A DNA stretch of 64,000 nt from a virus (IMGVR_UViG_3300028025_004617:39959-103958); one strand, 5' to 3'. Counted from the first letter of the stretch, positions 1-11,620 are shown. Notes: generated by a model from the letters alone, not told the origin. Numbers and translations: made by a program.

Positions 1-1
1 C

Positions 2-1165
2 TACTTTTGGTGGGTAATTAAAATATCCTTGTCCATTTCTATAAATTGTGGTTACATAAACTTCTGTTGGTGTGTATCCTAAATTATTTGTTAAACCTGT
101 TAATATAAAAGGTTCTTTGAAATCAAATAAAACGGATTCCATCCTATTTCTCTCAACCAAAACATCGTTTTCTCCTGAAAAATTTTCAAAAATTAATTTC
201 TTTTCATCTTCCCATATTGGTGTTTCAAATCCAACCTTATCTAAAATATATGAATTGGCATCTGTTAGTGTTTTATGTTTATGTACGTAATATGTTGATG
301 TTGAACCATTTATGTTATTTCTGTCTAATACTCTTTTTCCCACCATAACATTTGAAAAAGTGGTACCTGATTTTAATTGATTTTTTAAAATATTAATTAC
401 ATAATTTTGTGAATTATGAAATTCATTTCCTACGGTATTAATATAAAATGTTCTACCTGTCACCGTACCCGTTAAAGTGGTTCCTGATAGTGTAACATAT
501 TCACCCGCTTTCATTCCGTGTTCAACAGGACTTGTCAATTCATACATTGTGCCCCCACTATATGAAACCCTAAATGGAATTCCATCACCCGCTTTAAAAT
601 GAACAATATTTGTTCCTTCTGTTTTTGTTGCGCCCGATAATGTATATGTCATCGTGTAACCAGAATCACTACCATAAACATAACTTAAATATACATTCCA
701 ATTTTGGTATGGTGCGGTAATTGGTGTTATAATTGTATGTCCCGTTGGTCCTATTAATTTTAAAGGTGCTTGTGTGTACCCACTTAATGTTGTACCTGTT
801 TGTGGTTCATTATATTCTCTAACAACATCTCTTCTTAATAATGCAAATTCATCATAAGGTAAAAATCCTGTATAGTCAGTTGTCGTTCCATTACCAACCA
901 AGTATAATCTGTCCTTTAAATAAGGATATTCCGTATTACCACTATACATGTTACGGAAAACCATTTTCATTTTACCAAAAATTTTATATTTGTTACTTTC
1001 GTTTCTTTCCTTATCGTATAATTTATCAATATCTAAAATTATATCTCTATCACCGATTCTCATTAATGATTCCGTTGTTTCAAGATTTAATCTTAAATCT
1101 AATTCTTCTGTATCCGCCTTTTTGAATCTCTTACTTGGTAAGAGTATTTTTTTATTCTCTTCCAT
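2..1165 (-). CDS. Partial virion structural protein (runs off the left edge, missing from the ORF track), starts MEENKKILLPSKRFKKAD
   Basis: ATG at 1163-1165 overlaps the upstream TAA (TAATG coupling). Segments translated by hand are in frame and Thr/Gly-rich, with many [ST]GxT motifs. Confidence 0.8.
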   Translation of the reverse strand, partial: MEENKKILLPSKRFKKADTEELDLRLNLETTESLMRIGDRDIILDIDKLYDKERNESNKYKIFGKMKMVFRNMYSGNTEYPYLKDRLYLVGNGTTTDYTGFLPYDEFALLRRDVVREYNEPQTGTTLSGYTQAPLKLIGPTGHTIITPITAPYQNWNVYLSYVYGSDSGYTMTYTLSGATKTEGTNIVHFKAGDGIPFRVSYSGGTMYELTSPVEHGMKAGEYVTLSGTTLTGTVTGRTFYINTVGNEFHNSQNYVINILKNQLKSGTTFSNVMVGKRVLDRNNINGSTSTYYVHKHKTLTDANSYILDKVGFETPIWEDEKKLIFENFSGENDVLVERNRMESVLFDFKEPFILTGLTNNLGYTPTEVYVTTIYRNGQGYFNYPPKV

Positions 1166-4100
1166 TATTCAGCTGATGGGAAGGCTCCTTTTGGCCCATA
1201 ATATTTTATTAATGCATCTAATGATGTCTTATCGGGTCTTAATCCAAAGTAAAACAAGAATGGTGTTGATAGTACTTGTTTATTTCCACCATAATTTGTT
1301 TGTGTTTGGAATAGAAAACTTTCTCTATAATCTTTAACGTACTTATCCGGTTGTTCAACCCACGCCTGATTTACAACAACATATGTTGTACCACTAGCAG
1401 GGTCTTTAACCCATAACGATGTGTTACTTGTAAATCCTGATTGTACATGTAACCAAATATCTCCTTCAACAAATCCAACCGCCGATGTTGTTCCTGTTGG
1501 TGGTGCAGATAAACTAATATTTTCAAATCTTTCCAACATATCTGTTGTGTTACCCGTAAATGAATATTGTGGGTGAGTTATTGTCATTGGTTTTAATAGA
1601 TACTCTTCTTCACCATCTCCCATCAAATAATTTGTTGCGGTTGCAGTAGTACCACTTATTGAAAATAATCTCTGTAATTTCATAGATGCGATTGATGACC
1701 TATCCCATTGTTGGTCATCTTCAACTCCACCACTATAACCACCAAATCCAGTTCCTTTTTTATCCCACAAAAAAAATGGTACTTTTTGTGAATAATCTCC
1801 TAATCTAAAATTTAAACATTGTCTAATAAAGGAACCATTAGCGTCTAATTTTAAGTCAATTGGTGTCGGTCCAAAATTACTTCCACTTTTAAAATAGGTA
1901 GAAAAGTAAGGGTCTTCCGGATCCATTAATTCACCATTATAGATAAAATAATGTGGACTATCTAAATCAAACCCTTCAATACCTGCCTCACAATTTATCG
2001 ACATTAATTGTATGATGTCACCATCAAATGCGCCAACATTATTACCCAATCCATTTCCACTAAAGAAATCACCAACATCGAATTTACCTCCATTTATATC
2101 CAATCTATAGTTTATTGCATATTCCACAATATTTGCCGGATCTTGATATGAAGTTGTATTAACATCTCTAATTACAGAACACGTCGGATCAATTCTTGGG
2201 TCTTGACAAATCTCATATAAAAATTCATCTCTTACTCCAACATCATAAAAAGTTGTTGGGTGTAGGATTTCTCTATGTGATGGTTTATTTAAATTTGGTC
2301 TTTGTCCAATAAATCCACTTGTTGGGTTGTATGGTGTTGCTCTATAATAAAATTGTTGGTCGAGTATATTATAAAAAACCAGCTCTCTTGGATATTTTGA
2401 ACCTCTTTGATTTAAGTCTAAAACATTTACGTCGTCCCATTTTATTCTCTTATCAAATTTAAAAAAGTATAGTACTCCGTTTAACCAGTTATCAATGAAT
2501 GAATAGTTTGTTACTCCACCACAAAAGAAAACACCAACTCTTTTTCTTCGATACCATTCTTTTATTACTGATTGATTTTTAGATGTTCCATCAATAACAG
2601 GAACAATAGTAACAACACCATCTCTAATTTCAGTTAAACCTGATTTTGTTTTTTTAGAATATGAGTTATCTCCACCTTCCAAATCTGCAATTTTTGGTAA
2701 CCTTCTTGTGGATGTTGTTCCCGCAATTGTAGCAACTAATGTATAATTCGCACCGGGACTTGTTGATGATTCGACATATGCTGTACCCGTATAATATGGT
2801 TTACCTAATAAGTGAAATGAGTTAGTTGTTCCACCATAATCATATGATGTTCGTTTTGATGCTTGATACCATCTTGGGCCATTTGGATTACCGGCATTTG
2901 ATACATCTGTTGCGGTACCATAACTTCCAGATGATGACCATAGATATGTCAACACATTTGTTTCATCATAAAATTTATCATATTTTGCACACCCTTGTTC
3001 AATTACTAATTGACCTAATGTTCCGGTTGTTTTTACACTTCCCTTATCGTAAAGTCTAACAACGGCATATAAGTCCTTTATTCTATCGATACCTCCATTA
3101 GAATAATCAACTCCCGCATATGTTGACCAATATGAATATGACATTTTAATTGCTGGAACATTTGTGTATGTTGTTGCACCACCTGTATTATATTCTCTAT
3201 ATGTGCTTGGTGTAAATGACGCAACTCTTTCATATACCTCCACTTGAGTAAATCCACCACCACAATCTATTAATTGTAATGTTGCATATCCACTAGTGGT
3301 TGAACCACTTGGTATTGTTATCGTTTGTGTTCTAAACGTATAGTTACATGGATTTCTAATTAAAAGTTCAACATCTATATTTTCAGTTGCATTTATTGGT
3401 CCTCCCGCCAAATCAACATATTCAGCATAAACACTTTGATTTGGTATAACTGTTATTTTTATTGAATTACCAGTATTTGTTGGTGTTGTTACTGTTACTA
3501 ATTGGAAATATGCATTTAATTGTGTATCAACAAATGAGGAATTAAACTCCACACGCATCTCATTAAATATATCTGTTGCCGGGTCCGTACCAACTAATGG
3601 ATATATACCCCCAATAAATCTTCTTTCCGATGTCGCATTTGGATTAGTGTATGTGTGTAATAATGTAATTTGACTTTCAGTTATTCCAGTTGCGGATGTT
3701 TCTTTTGCCGATTCTCCACTAAACACATCGGGTAAAAATGTCGTACCCGTTGTTGTACTTGTATTTAAATAATTCGGTGTTTGTCCAGAAAGATATACTA
3801 AATAAATAAAACCATCGTATGGTACAACTTTAGTTTTAATTTCAGCACTTCTATAATATAAATTAAGATCACTTAAACCGGCGGTTTGTGTTGCACTATC
3901 AACATCGGTTGTACATTCTTCACAATCCGGATAAGTTGTTAATGGTAAAATTGTTTGACCACCCTCCATTACTCTCATTGCAAACTCCCTTAGTCCGACA
4001 CCAATATTCATTAAATAATGACCACCTAAAAAATTAAATCTCATTGCAGCACCACCCACACTCCACATAACTCTACCTATGGTTTCAAAAACAAATATTT

Positions 4101-5745
4101 GTACAATTGTAAAAATATATTGTACAAATAGTAAAACTTCAGATAATACTAATCCAAATTTTATTCTATTTCTAAAAGCAAAATTGGTTGGGAAATAATT
4201 TGCCTTACTTGTACAATCATCTTCTGTATTTGGTCTAATTTCTTTTAAACCTAAAAACGCATCTCTTCTTGAAAGTCCTAAAAACGATTCTCCCGCAGAT
4301 ACTTCGTAATGTGAACCTTGGAAGGATGAAACAGTATAAACCTTACCAAAAATAAATTTATAAAAAACATCTTGTGGTACACCTAAATCACAACCAGTAC
4401 ACGTACCCAACATAAATGATTTTTTGTCATTTTGATATGTTGTTGACATTTGTGATAATGTAACACCAGATGGTGGAACAATATTTAAATAATCTTCAAA
4501 TACATCTGAAAATTGATATGTTGTTAATAAATCTTCACGATACTCACCCAAATCGGCCTGACCATATATGTTTGAATTATATTCTCTAATTTGTGGTACT
4601 AAATAATTTGCGGTTCCTGTTTTTTCATTGTTACCATCAAGTGAAAATTTAAATCTTGCAATTGTGGTTGTTGGTATACCTTTGTTTGTGTCGTTGGTAA
4701 TTTCTTGTTCACCAAATTCGTTTGTAAAAACGTATTCCAAATTCATTGGTAGTACTACCATCGCAGAACCATCTTCATCAATAGTTTCTGATGGATTAAA
4801 ATATTCTAATTGGGGGTATAATGTTGTTCCATCTGAACCATAAACTTTTTTACCTGTGTATCTAACCGCTGAAATTTTACCTTCGGTTGTTTGTAAATTA
4901 CACTTGTAACCAGTATTTCTTCTGATGACTCCGTTTCTTTTTACTGCGTCCCCATTATCATCTGTAATTGTTGACGTTAGAATTAATGATATTGGTTCAA
5001 TCCTAATACCACTTTGTGATATATCATAATCCGCTCTTGTTATACCAATTTCACATAAGTCAAGATTACCCCAAAACGGGAAAACTTCGATAGTCCTATC
5101 GTATTTGATAATTTGTGGTAATCCGTCAATATCTGAACTTGATTTAAACTCATAATATCTTTCAAACTTCTCAATACCTTCACCTCTTTTAATAAAGTCA
5201 TATGGTCTTAATGAGAAACAACCAATATCAGATAAATCTAAATCGACATGTAATATTTGTTTACCAACCGGTACACCCCAAATCATGAAATCACCCGATT
5301 CGTTAGTCTTAACGGTATATCTATAATAATTTTCGTATACTTCTAATACTTCCTCTCTTGTTAAAATATCTGATTGGTCGGGAAAGGTTCCTGTTGGTTT
5401 GTGTCCACCATGTTGTTTTCTTGCAGGTAATAGATTATATCTATAATTGTCATCATTTTTATCTGAAACTTCGGTGTAAGGATATAATGCAGAAATTACA
5501 GGGTCGGTTGAATCTGTTTCGGTTTGGGGTACGAATATGGATACTCTAACATTAGGTATACCAAATCCGTCATTTGCAGTAATTCTACCACAAACAACCC
5601 CATAATCCGCACAAAGTGATGTATAAACATCGGTTTGTGAGAATTTTAAGGATAAAATTTCTAGTTGGTCATAGTCTTGTTTTAATTCGACTGTAACCTT
5701 CTGTTCTTTACCGATATTTGTTGAAATTCTATGTTTTTGCATCAT
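1165..5745 (-). CDS. Large virion/baseplate-associated protein (1526 aa) with N-terminal carboxypeptidase-regulatory-like beta-sandwich
   Basis: YGVVCGRITANDGFGIPNVRVSIF and TNESGDFMIWGVPVG pattern; follows the gp6-like gene; late motif upstream. Confidence 0.6.
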   Translation of the reverse strand: MMQKHRISTNIGKEQKVTVELKQDYDQLEILSLKFSQTDVYTSLCADYGVVCGRITANDGFGIPNVRVSIFVPQTETDSTDPVISALYPYTEVSDKNDDNYRYNLLPARKQHGGHKPTGTFPDQSDILTREEVLEVYENYYRYTVKTNESGDFMIWGVPVGKQILHVDLDLSDIGCFSLRPYDFIKRGEGIEKFERYYEFKSSSDIDGLPQIIKYDRTIEVFPFWGNLDLCEIGITRADYDISQSGIRIEPISLILTSTITDDNGDAVKRNGVIRRNTGYKCNLQTTEGKISAVRYTGKKVYGSDGTTLYPQLEYFNPSETIDEDGSAMVVLPMNLEYVFTNEFGEQEITNDTNKGIPTTTIARFKFSLDGNNEKTGTANYLVPQIREYNSNIYGQADLGEYREDLLTTYQFSDVFEDYLNIVPPSGVTLSQMSTTYQNDKKSFMLGTCTGCDLGVPQDVFYKFIFGKVYTVSSFQGSHYEVSAGESFLGLSRRDAFLGLKEIRPNTEDDCTSKANYFPTNFAFRNRIKFGLVLSEVLLFVQYIFTIVQIFVFETIGRVMWSVGGAAMRFNFLGGHYLMNIGVGLREFAMRVMEGGQTILPLTTYPDCEECTTDVDSATQTAGLSDLNLYYRSAEIKTKVVPYDGFIYLVYLSGQTPNYLNTSTTTGTTFLPDVFSGESAKETSATGITESQITLLHTYTNPNATSERRFIGGIYPLVGTDPATDIFNEMRVEFNSSFVDTQLNAYFQLVTVTTPTNTGNSIKITVIPNQSVYAEYVDLAGGPINATENIDVELLIRNPCNYTFRTQTITIPSGSTTSGYATLQLIDCGGGFTQVEVYERVASFTPSTYREYNTGGATTYTNVPAIKMSYSYWSTYAGVDYSNGGIDRIKDLYAVVRLYDKGSVKTTGTLGQLVIEQGCAKYDKFYDETNVLTYLWSSSGSYGTATDVSNAGNPNGPRWYQASKRTSYDYGGTTNSFHLLGKPYYTGTAYVESSTSPGANYTLVATIAGTTSTRRLPKIADLEGGDNSYSKKTKSGLTEIRDGVVTIVPVIDGTSKNQSVIKEWYRRKRVGVFFCGGVTNYSFIDNWLNGVLYFFKFDKRIKWDDVNVLDLNQRGSKYPRELVFYNILDQQFYYRATPYNPTSGFIGQRPNLNKPSHREILHPTTFYDVGVRDEFLYEICQDPRIDPTCSVIRDVNTTSYQDPANIVEYAINYRLDINGGKFDVGDFFSGNGLGNNVGAFDGDIIQLMSINCEAGIEGFDLDSPHYFIYNGELMDPEDPYFSTYFKSGSNFGPTPIDLKLDANGSFIRQCLNFRLGDYSQKVPFFLWDKKGTGFGGYSGGVEDDQQWDRSSIASMKLQRLFSISGTTATATNYLMGDGEEEYLLKPMTITHPQYSFTGNTTDMLERFENISLSAPPTGTTSAVGFVEGDIWLHVQSGFTSNTSLWVKDPASGTTYVVVNQAWVEQPDKYVKDYRESFLFQTQTNYGGNKQVLSTPFLFYFGLRPDKTSLDALIKYYGPKGAFPSAE

Positions 5746-5799
5746 TCTCTTAATAAATAGAAAGCATGTGATTTTCTACTATTATAACGAAAAAACATT

Positions 5800-7632
5800 T
5801 TAGTATGTAGTCGTTCCTATAGGTTTAGTTCTTACCCTTATATCACTATTTGGGAATCTAATTTGGAATATTTGATTTGACTGCATGAATACCGTCATAT
5901 CAATTTGTTGTATCTCTTTAGTTGTGCTATCTTTATATGATTGTGATACTTCAGATGATGAATAATTACCCCCTATTTTATTGAATACTTTTATTTCCAC
6001 GACGTTAACTACACCCGCGATTGCTCCGATTTCTCTCATTAGGTCACCTATAAACAATGGGTCACCCATTTTACGTTTATCGATTGCGAAAAATAATGTA
6101 GATGTTTGGATTACTTGCTTGATTACATCAGTTGGGTTTTCGTTTTTATCAATCATTAGGTCAACATCCAATCCTAAATCAATAACTTGACCATTTGCAA
6201 TTTCAATATAGTCGTTAATCATTCTATATTCCGAAAGATAACTTAATATGTTGTTTTTTAATGTGTTAGATATTACATCGGTTAGATTACCTTGGTCATC
6301 ATATGATAATAATTTTACTCTAACCTTATTATCTTCCTCCATTACGTTAACTTTAGCTGGTGCTCCGTATGTAGATGGCATTGTCTCAATTAATGACTTA
6401 TAATCATTTAATGTTACCGCTCTATTTTGTGCCGCGAAATTATAAGAAATCATGTTTCTAATTTCTTCGATTGTAGGTTGGTCTGCTCCTCCCACAGCTG
6501 CGGTTACGTTGTTAACCCTTAAAGATAATTCAACTTGTGAGTTAATTGCGTTATTAGGACCATTTATGTTAAATTCAATATTATCTATACTCGTAATGAT
6601 ATTAACCCCTAAATTCGAATCTTTACCCCCACCAATACGATATTTCACAAACAATGTCGTGTTTGCTTTAGGTATTGACCCCAATGACATGTTGTTTAAA
6701 TAACTAGCCAAATTAACTTTCAATTGACCTGTCATGTAATTGTCTAAATTCTCTAATGGGTCAACCGATCCACTACCAAAGGTTAATGAAAAATAACTTT
6801 CAGGGGTATATTCTGTGTAGAATTTATTATTAACTGGTAGGTAGGTACCCGCCTTAAAATTATCTTTATCAGATACTGCAGTCGGGTCTTCTATGAATAC
6901 TTTGTCTTGTATTAGTGATTTAACTTCATACCATTTATTTGTAGACGCATTAAATTCAGAAGATGTTGGATTGGTTCCGAAAGATGTTCCTTCTTTGTGT
7001 ATAACCCCTACTACACCTAAAACATTTTGTTCAGGTAGGAAAAGTTTTAAGAAAGGTTTTTGGTCTAACTCACTTATTACTCTTCTATATATTCTTGTTA
7101 CTCCGTTAACTACGGGTTCTCTCTTTGTAATTGTGTAAGAAACTAACGTATTATTACCATCAAAGTTAGGTATCTTTAATCTGTTTGGTTCTCCCTTATC
7201 ATTAAACGGACTTGAAAAATCAATATCGTTAATTGTTTCAAATATTTGTCCTCCACCTGAAACTTGTGCACCGATTCTTAGTATTCCCAAATATCTTTCA
7301 TCTTCTTTATCACCACGAACAGGTACGTTTATTGAGAAATCACACAACGCAACTGATGGTCTTGTTCCAGGAATTTTTATACCATATGTTTTTGCAATGT
7401 GAAAAAGAGATTGTCTTTGTTGTGCAAAGTCCAACATTGTTTCTTGCCAAACCCTATCAATGTGAAAGTGTAAGTTATCTGCAACTGCAGCATTTAAATC
7501 TAATAAAACTGAGAATATGGATGCATCATTGGTGTTTTTAACCAAATCAGGATAATATTCTCTTGTTAGATTTACTAATTCTTGTCTTAGTCCTGCAAAA
7601 TCTCTAGTTGCGTATGATATTTTCTTAGCCAT
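5800..7632 (-). CDS. Baseplate wedge subunit (T4 gp6 / baseplate J-like)
   Basis: N-terminal RDFAGLRQEL..., AVGGADQPTIEEIR and AQNRAVTLNDY motifs; adjacent to the gp25-like gene. Confidence 0.9.
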   Translation of the reverse strand: MAKKISYATRDFAGLRQELVNLTREYYPDLVKNTNDASIFSVLLDLNAAVADNLHFHIDRVWQETMLDFAQQRQSLFHIAKTYGIKIPGTRPSVALCDFSINVPVRGDKEDERYLGILRIGAQVSGGGQIFETINDIDFSSPFNDKGEPNRLKIPNFDGNNTLVSYTITKREPVVNGVTRIYRRVISELDQKPFLKLFLPEQNVLGVVGVIHKEGTSFGTNPTSSEFNASTNKWYEVKSLIQDKVFIEDPTAVSDKDNFKAGTYLPVNNKFYTEYTPESYFSLTFGSGSVDPLENLDNYMTGQLKVNLASYLNNMSLGSIPKANTTLFVKYRIGGGKDSNLGVNIITSIDNIEFNINGPNNAINSQVELSLRVNNVTAAVGGADQPTIEEIRNMISYNFAAQNRAVTLNDYKSLIETMPSTYGAPAKVNVMEEDNKVRVKLLSYDDQGNLTDVISNTLKNNILSYLSEYRMINDYIEIANGQVIDLGLDVDLMIDKNENPTDVIKQVIQTSTLFFAIDKRKMGDPLFIGDLMREIGAIAGVVNVVEIKVFNKIGGNYSSSEVSQSYKDSTTKEIQQIDMTVFMQSNQIFQIRFPNSDIRVRTKPIGTTTY

Positions 7633-7633
7633 T

Positions 7634-8086
7634 TTAAATGTTTAGTATTATAAAGTCCGAAGATGAAAATGCTCCGTTATTAACTGTATATTCAATTTTC
7701 ACTACTGCGGTGTGTGGTTTAGTTGTGTTGTCGGAAACCCTAAATAATCTCTCATCTTCATCTTGATTAAATGTTCTAACAGTATCAGGGTCATCTTCTG
7801 CAGACATAACATCTAAATTTGTTATATCTAAATTTGGAATGTATTTTTTAACCGATTCTCTTATTTCATCCTCAATTAAATCAAACGTAACGGTATCGTT
7901 TTGGTCAAAGATATATTGGTATAATCTTGAACCAAAATCGGGTAAAAAGTAACGACTACCTCTTTTTGTCAATAAAAGATGTATAAGATTCGCTCGTACT
8001 TCTCTTTCAGGTGTTGTTGTTAATTTAACATAATCACCCTTTAAACTATCTCTAAATGGGAAATCAATTCCATATGTTGTCGCCAT
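7634..8086 (-). CDS. Baseplate wedge subunit gp25-like (GPW/gp25 family)
   Basis: GIDFPF...NLIHLLLTKRGSRYFLPDFGSRLYQYIFD signature. Confidence 0.9.
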   Translation of the reverse strand: MATTYGIDFPFRDSLKGDYVKLTTTPEREVRANLIHLLLTKRGSRYFLPDFGSRLYQYIFDQNDTVTFDLIEDEIRESVKKYIPNLDITNLDVMSAEDDPDTVRTFNQDEDERLFRVSDNTTKPHTAVVKIEYTVNNGAFSSSDFIILNI

Positions 8087-8123
8087 GAATATAAATATAA
8101 ACTAATCCAAAATGGTAATAAAT

Positions 8124-8148
8124 AAAAAATCCAACCTAAGTTGGATTT
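8124..8148 (-). terminator. Rho-independent terminator after nrdA
   Basis: AAATCCAAC-CTAA-GTTGGATTT hairpin with an A-tract (U-tract on the minus strand). Confidence 0.7.
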
Positions 8149-8176
8149 AATATTGTTTTGACATTAAAAGGTCATT

Positions 8177-10618
8177 TTATGAACCACATCCTTCACATTC
8201 GAATGGTGAGTCTGTTGGTCTTTCAATTGTCATTTGTAATTCGGGTGTATTCTCACTAATAATTGGATTATTTGTTGGTGTGGTTGGATACACTGCGGGT
8301 TGTTGTCCTGTCGATTGTTCTACCGATTTTGGTGTAGATGTATCAACTCCTAATCCCTTTAACGCATCAACCGCAGCTCTCGTTCTTAAGTAGTACATAC
8401 CCGTTTTTAATCCTAACTTCCATCCAAATAAATGTGCCGCTAATAACTTAGGTTTAGTTGCGTTATCAATAAATAAATTTAATGATTGTGATTGGTCAAT
8501 AAATACACTCCTATTCGCCGCCATTTGTAAAATTCTCTTTTGTGACATTTCCCAAACGGTCTTATAAACCTCTTTTAATTCTGTTGGTAATTCTGGAATA
8601 TTTTGAACCGAACCATTTTCCATGATTAGTTTGTTTTTAATTCCTTCATTCCACATTCCAAGATTTAATAAATCTTTTACCAAATGTTTATTAATCATAA
8701 CAAACTCACCACTTAATGTACGACGAGAATATAGATTAGTTGTAAATGGTTCAAATGCTTCGTTGTTACCTAAAATCTGTGCGGTAGAAGCTGTTGGCAT
8801 AGGTGCTACCAATAATGAGTTTCTAACTCCAAATTTGATAACATCTTTTCTTAATGATTTCCAATCCCAACGACCAGATAAATCAGAATCAACTTTATTC
8901 CACATTTGATATTGGAAGATTCCTTTTTCAATCGGTGAACCGACGATTGTTTCGTAAGCTCCGAATTCTTTAGCCAAATCTTTTGATGACGTCATCGCCG
9001 CAAAATATATTGTTTCAAAAATATCGGTTTGTAGTTTATCCGCATCATCAGATTCAAATGGTAAATGTAACATACATAACACATCTGCCAATCCTTGAAC
9101 ACCCAAACCAACAGGACGATGTCTGAAATTTGAACGTTTTGTTTCTTCGGTTGGATAAAAATTTAAATCGATTACGTTGTTCAAGTTTTTTACAACTTGG
9201 TAGGTATATTCGTATAACATATCGTGATTAAATTCACCATTTACGATATACTTAGGCAATGCGATTGAAGCCAAATTACAAACAGCTTGTTCTGTTGGTG
9301 ATGAGTATTCGATTATTTCGGTACATAAATTTGATGATTTAATTGTACCTAAATTCTTTTGATTTGATTTATAGTTAGCAGGATCTTTATATAACATATA
9401 AGGTGTTCCCGTTTCGATTTGTGCAGTTAAAATTGCATCCATTAATTTTCTCGCCTTAACCACTTTTCTACCTAACCCTTGTTGTTCGTAAGATTCGTAC
9501 AACATAGTAAATGTCTTTTCTTCAGGTGTATCATATGCGTCAGATAAACCCGGTGCTTCATCGGGTGAGAACAATGTCCAATCACCATCTTCCTCAACAC
9601 GTTTCATGAATAAGTCAGGTGTCCACATTGCTAAGAATAAATCTCTCGCTCTCATTTCTTCCTTACCATGATTCTTTCTTAAATCAATAAACTCATAAAC
9701 ATCAGCGTGCCATGGTTCAAGATAAATTGCAAATGAACCTTTACGTTTACCACCTTGGTTAATCCAACGAGCAACCTCATTATATGTTTTCATCATTGGT
9801 AATAGACCATCAGATTCTCCACCTGTTCCTTTAATATATGAACCTTTAGCGCGAACATCGTGTACGTGTAATCCGATACCACCAGCCCACTTAGAAATCT
9901 TTGCAACGTCAGCAATTGTATCGAACAACCCGTCAATGTCATCCCCCTTATTTCCAATTAAGAAACAAGATGACATTTGTGCTCTTTTAGTTCCCGCATT
10001 AAATAATGTGGGTGTTGCATGTGTATAAAAATGTTGTGACAAATCATCATAGATTCTCAATGCCATTTCGACATCACCTTTACAAATACCAACCGCAACT
10101 CTCATATAAAGATATTGTGGTCTCTCAACAATACGACTACCAATTTTTAATAGGTAAGAACGTTCTAAAGTTTTAATTCCAAAATAATCAAAATCTAAAT
10201 CACGATCTTGATCGATAGCTCCATCTAAAATTTCTTTATTTGCTAAAACAAATTGGTATACATTATCATCAATTAATGAAGATTCTTTACCTGTTTTCGG
10301 TTCAATGAAGGAGTGTAATTCTTTCATTGATTGTGAAAACTTTTTAGGTGTTGTTTTATGTAAATTGGAAACAGCTAATCTACCCGCCAACTTCGCATAA
10401 TCTGGATGTGTTGTTACCATAGCGGCTGCAGTTTCTGCCGCTAAGACATCTAATTCAGTTGTTGAAATCCCATCGTAAATCCCCGAAGTTACTTTTAGAG
10501 TAACAAACGTTGGGTCGATGTATTCCATATTTAAATCGTGACAAAGAACACTAATACGTTTAGTGATTTTGTCATATCTCATCTCTTCTAATTCACCGTT
10601 TCTTTTTTTTACTTTCAT
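8177..10618 (-). CDS. nrdA: Ribonucleotide reductase class Ia alpha subunit with ATP cone
   Basis: ATP cone (VKKRNG), ATPTLFNAGT, SSCF, SNLCTEI, VCNLAS, APMPTAST, KTGMYYLR, C-terminal CxxC. Confidence 0.98.
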   Translation of the reverse strand: MKVKKRNGELEEMRYDKITKRISVLCHDLNMEYIDPTFVTLKVTSGIYDGISTTELDVLAAETAAAMVTTHPDYAKLAGRLAVSNLHKTTPKKFSQSMKELHSFIEPKTGKESSLIDDNVYQFVLANKEILDGAIDQDRDLDFDYFGIKTLERSYLLKIGSRIVERPQYLYMRVAVGICKGDVEMALRIYDDLSQHFYTHATPTLFNAGTKRAQMSSCFLIGNKGDDIDGLFDTIADVAKISKWAGGIGLHVHDVRAKGSYIKGTGGESDGLLPMMKTYNEVARWINQGGKRKGSFAIYLEPWHADVYEFIDLRKNHGKEEMRARDLFLAMWTPDLFMKRVEEDGDWTLFSPDEAPGLSDAYDTPEEKTFTMLYESYEQQGLGRKVVKARKLMDAILTAQIETGTPYMLYKDPANYKSNQKNLGTIKSSNLCTEIIEYSSPTEQAVCNLASIALPKYIVNGEFNHDMLYEYTYQVVKNLNNVIDLNFYPTEETKRSNFRHRPVGLGVQGLADVLCMLHLPFESDDADKLQTDIFETIYFAAMTSSKDLAKEFGAYETIVGSPIEKGIFQYQMWNKVDSDLSGRWDWKSLRKDVIKFGVRNSLLVAPMPTASTAQILGNNEAFEPFTTNLYSRRTLSGEFVMINKHLVKDLLNLGMWNEGIKNKLIMENGSVQNIPELPTELKEVYKTVWEMSQKRILQMAANRSVFIDQSQSLNLFIDNATKPKLLAAHLFGWKLGLKTGMYYLRTRAAVDALKGLGVDTSTPKSVEQSTGQQPAVYPTTPTNNPIISENTPELQMTIERPTDSPFECEGCGS

Positions 10619-10638
10619 TTTGTTAAGCCTTTTTTAAA

Positions 10639-11610
10639 TTAAAAATCTACATCACCAAACGCAGAATCTAAATCTTCTGATACATTATTAACTCCCGCCT
10701 TTTGATATTCAGCGACTCTTTTTTCAAAGAAATTTGTTTTACCTTGTAATGCAATATTCTGCATAAAGTCAAACGGATTTTCTGAATTATAAACCTTAGG
10801 TACACCTAACGCGACTAATAGTCTGTCGGTAACAAATTCAAGGTATTGTGACATCAAATCCGAATTCATACCAATTAAACGTACAGGTAATGCCTCAAGA
10901 ATAAATTCTTTTTCAATCTCTAAAGCTCCACAAATAATTTCTTTAATTCTCTCTTGTGGGATTTTATTTTCAATATGATTGTTATATAAATGACAAGCAA
11001 AATCACAATGCATACCCTCGTCTCTTGAGATTAATTCATTTGAAAATGTTAATCCCGGTAATAAACCTCTTTTCTTCAACCAAAAAATTGAACAGAATGA
11101 ACCTGAAAAGAAAATACCCTCAACTGCGGCAAATGCTAATAATCTATCAACAAACGATTCAGAATTAATCCACTTAAGAGCCCACTCCGCCTTTTTCTTA
11201 ATTGCGGGTACGGTTTCAATTGCGTTAAACAAATGTGCCTGTTCTTCCTTATCTTTAATCAATGTATCAATCAATAAAGAATATGTTTCACTATGAATAT
11301 TTTCCATCATAATTTGGAAACCATAGAAAAACTTAGCTTCAGTATATTGAACTTCGTTTACAAAATTCATTGCTAAATTCTCATTAACAATACCATCTGA
11401 AGCCGCGAAAAATGCCAATACGTGTTTAACGAAATGTTGTTCATCCGCATTTAATTTATTCTCCCAATCTGATACGTCTTGACCTAAGTCAATTTCTTCT
11501 GCGGTCCAGAATGAGGCTTCTGATTGTTTATAGAACTTCCATAAGTCATGATGTTCGATAGGGAAAAGGACAAACCTTCCTGGGTTGTCTTGTAATATTT
11601 TTTCTGTCAT
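10639..11610 (-). CDS. nrdB: Ribonucleotide reductase class Ia beta subunit
   Basis: [33 protein letters not shown] di-iron motifs, NFFEKRV. Confidence 0.98.
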   Translation of the reverse strand: MTEKILQDNPGRFVLFPIEHHDLWKFYKQSEASFWTAEEIDLGQDVSDWENKLNADEQHFVKHVLAFFAASDGIVNENLAMNFVNEVQYTEAKFFYGFQIMMENIHSETYSLLIDTLIKDKEEQAHLFNAIETVPAIKKKAEWALKWINSESFVDRLLAFAAVEGIFFSGSFCSIFWLKKRGLLPGLTFSNELISRDEGMHCDFACHLYNNHIENKIPQERIKEIICGALEIEKEFILEALPVRLIGMNSDLMSQYLEFVTDRLLVALGVPKVYNSENPFDFMQNIALQGKTNFFEKRVAEYQKAGVNNVSEDLDSAFGDVDF

Positions 11611-11620
11611 TTTTTTTATT

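Noticed and set aside
72-1337. Plus-strand ORFs 72-290, 841-1125, 948-1337 and the many other short antisense ORFs in the track
   Set aside because: They are shadows of long genes on the opposite strand, with no recognisable motifs or independent signals.
8177-11610. Eukaryote-like NrdAB suggesting a giant eukaryotic virus
   Set aside because: This RNR subclass also occurs in Bacteroidota, and the contractile tail genes and gp55-like sigma identify a bacteriophage.
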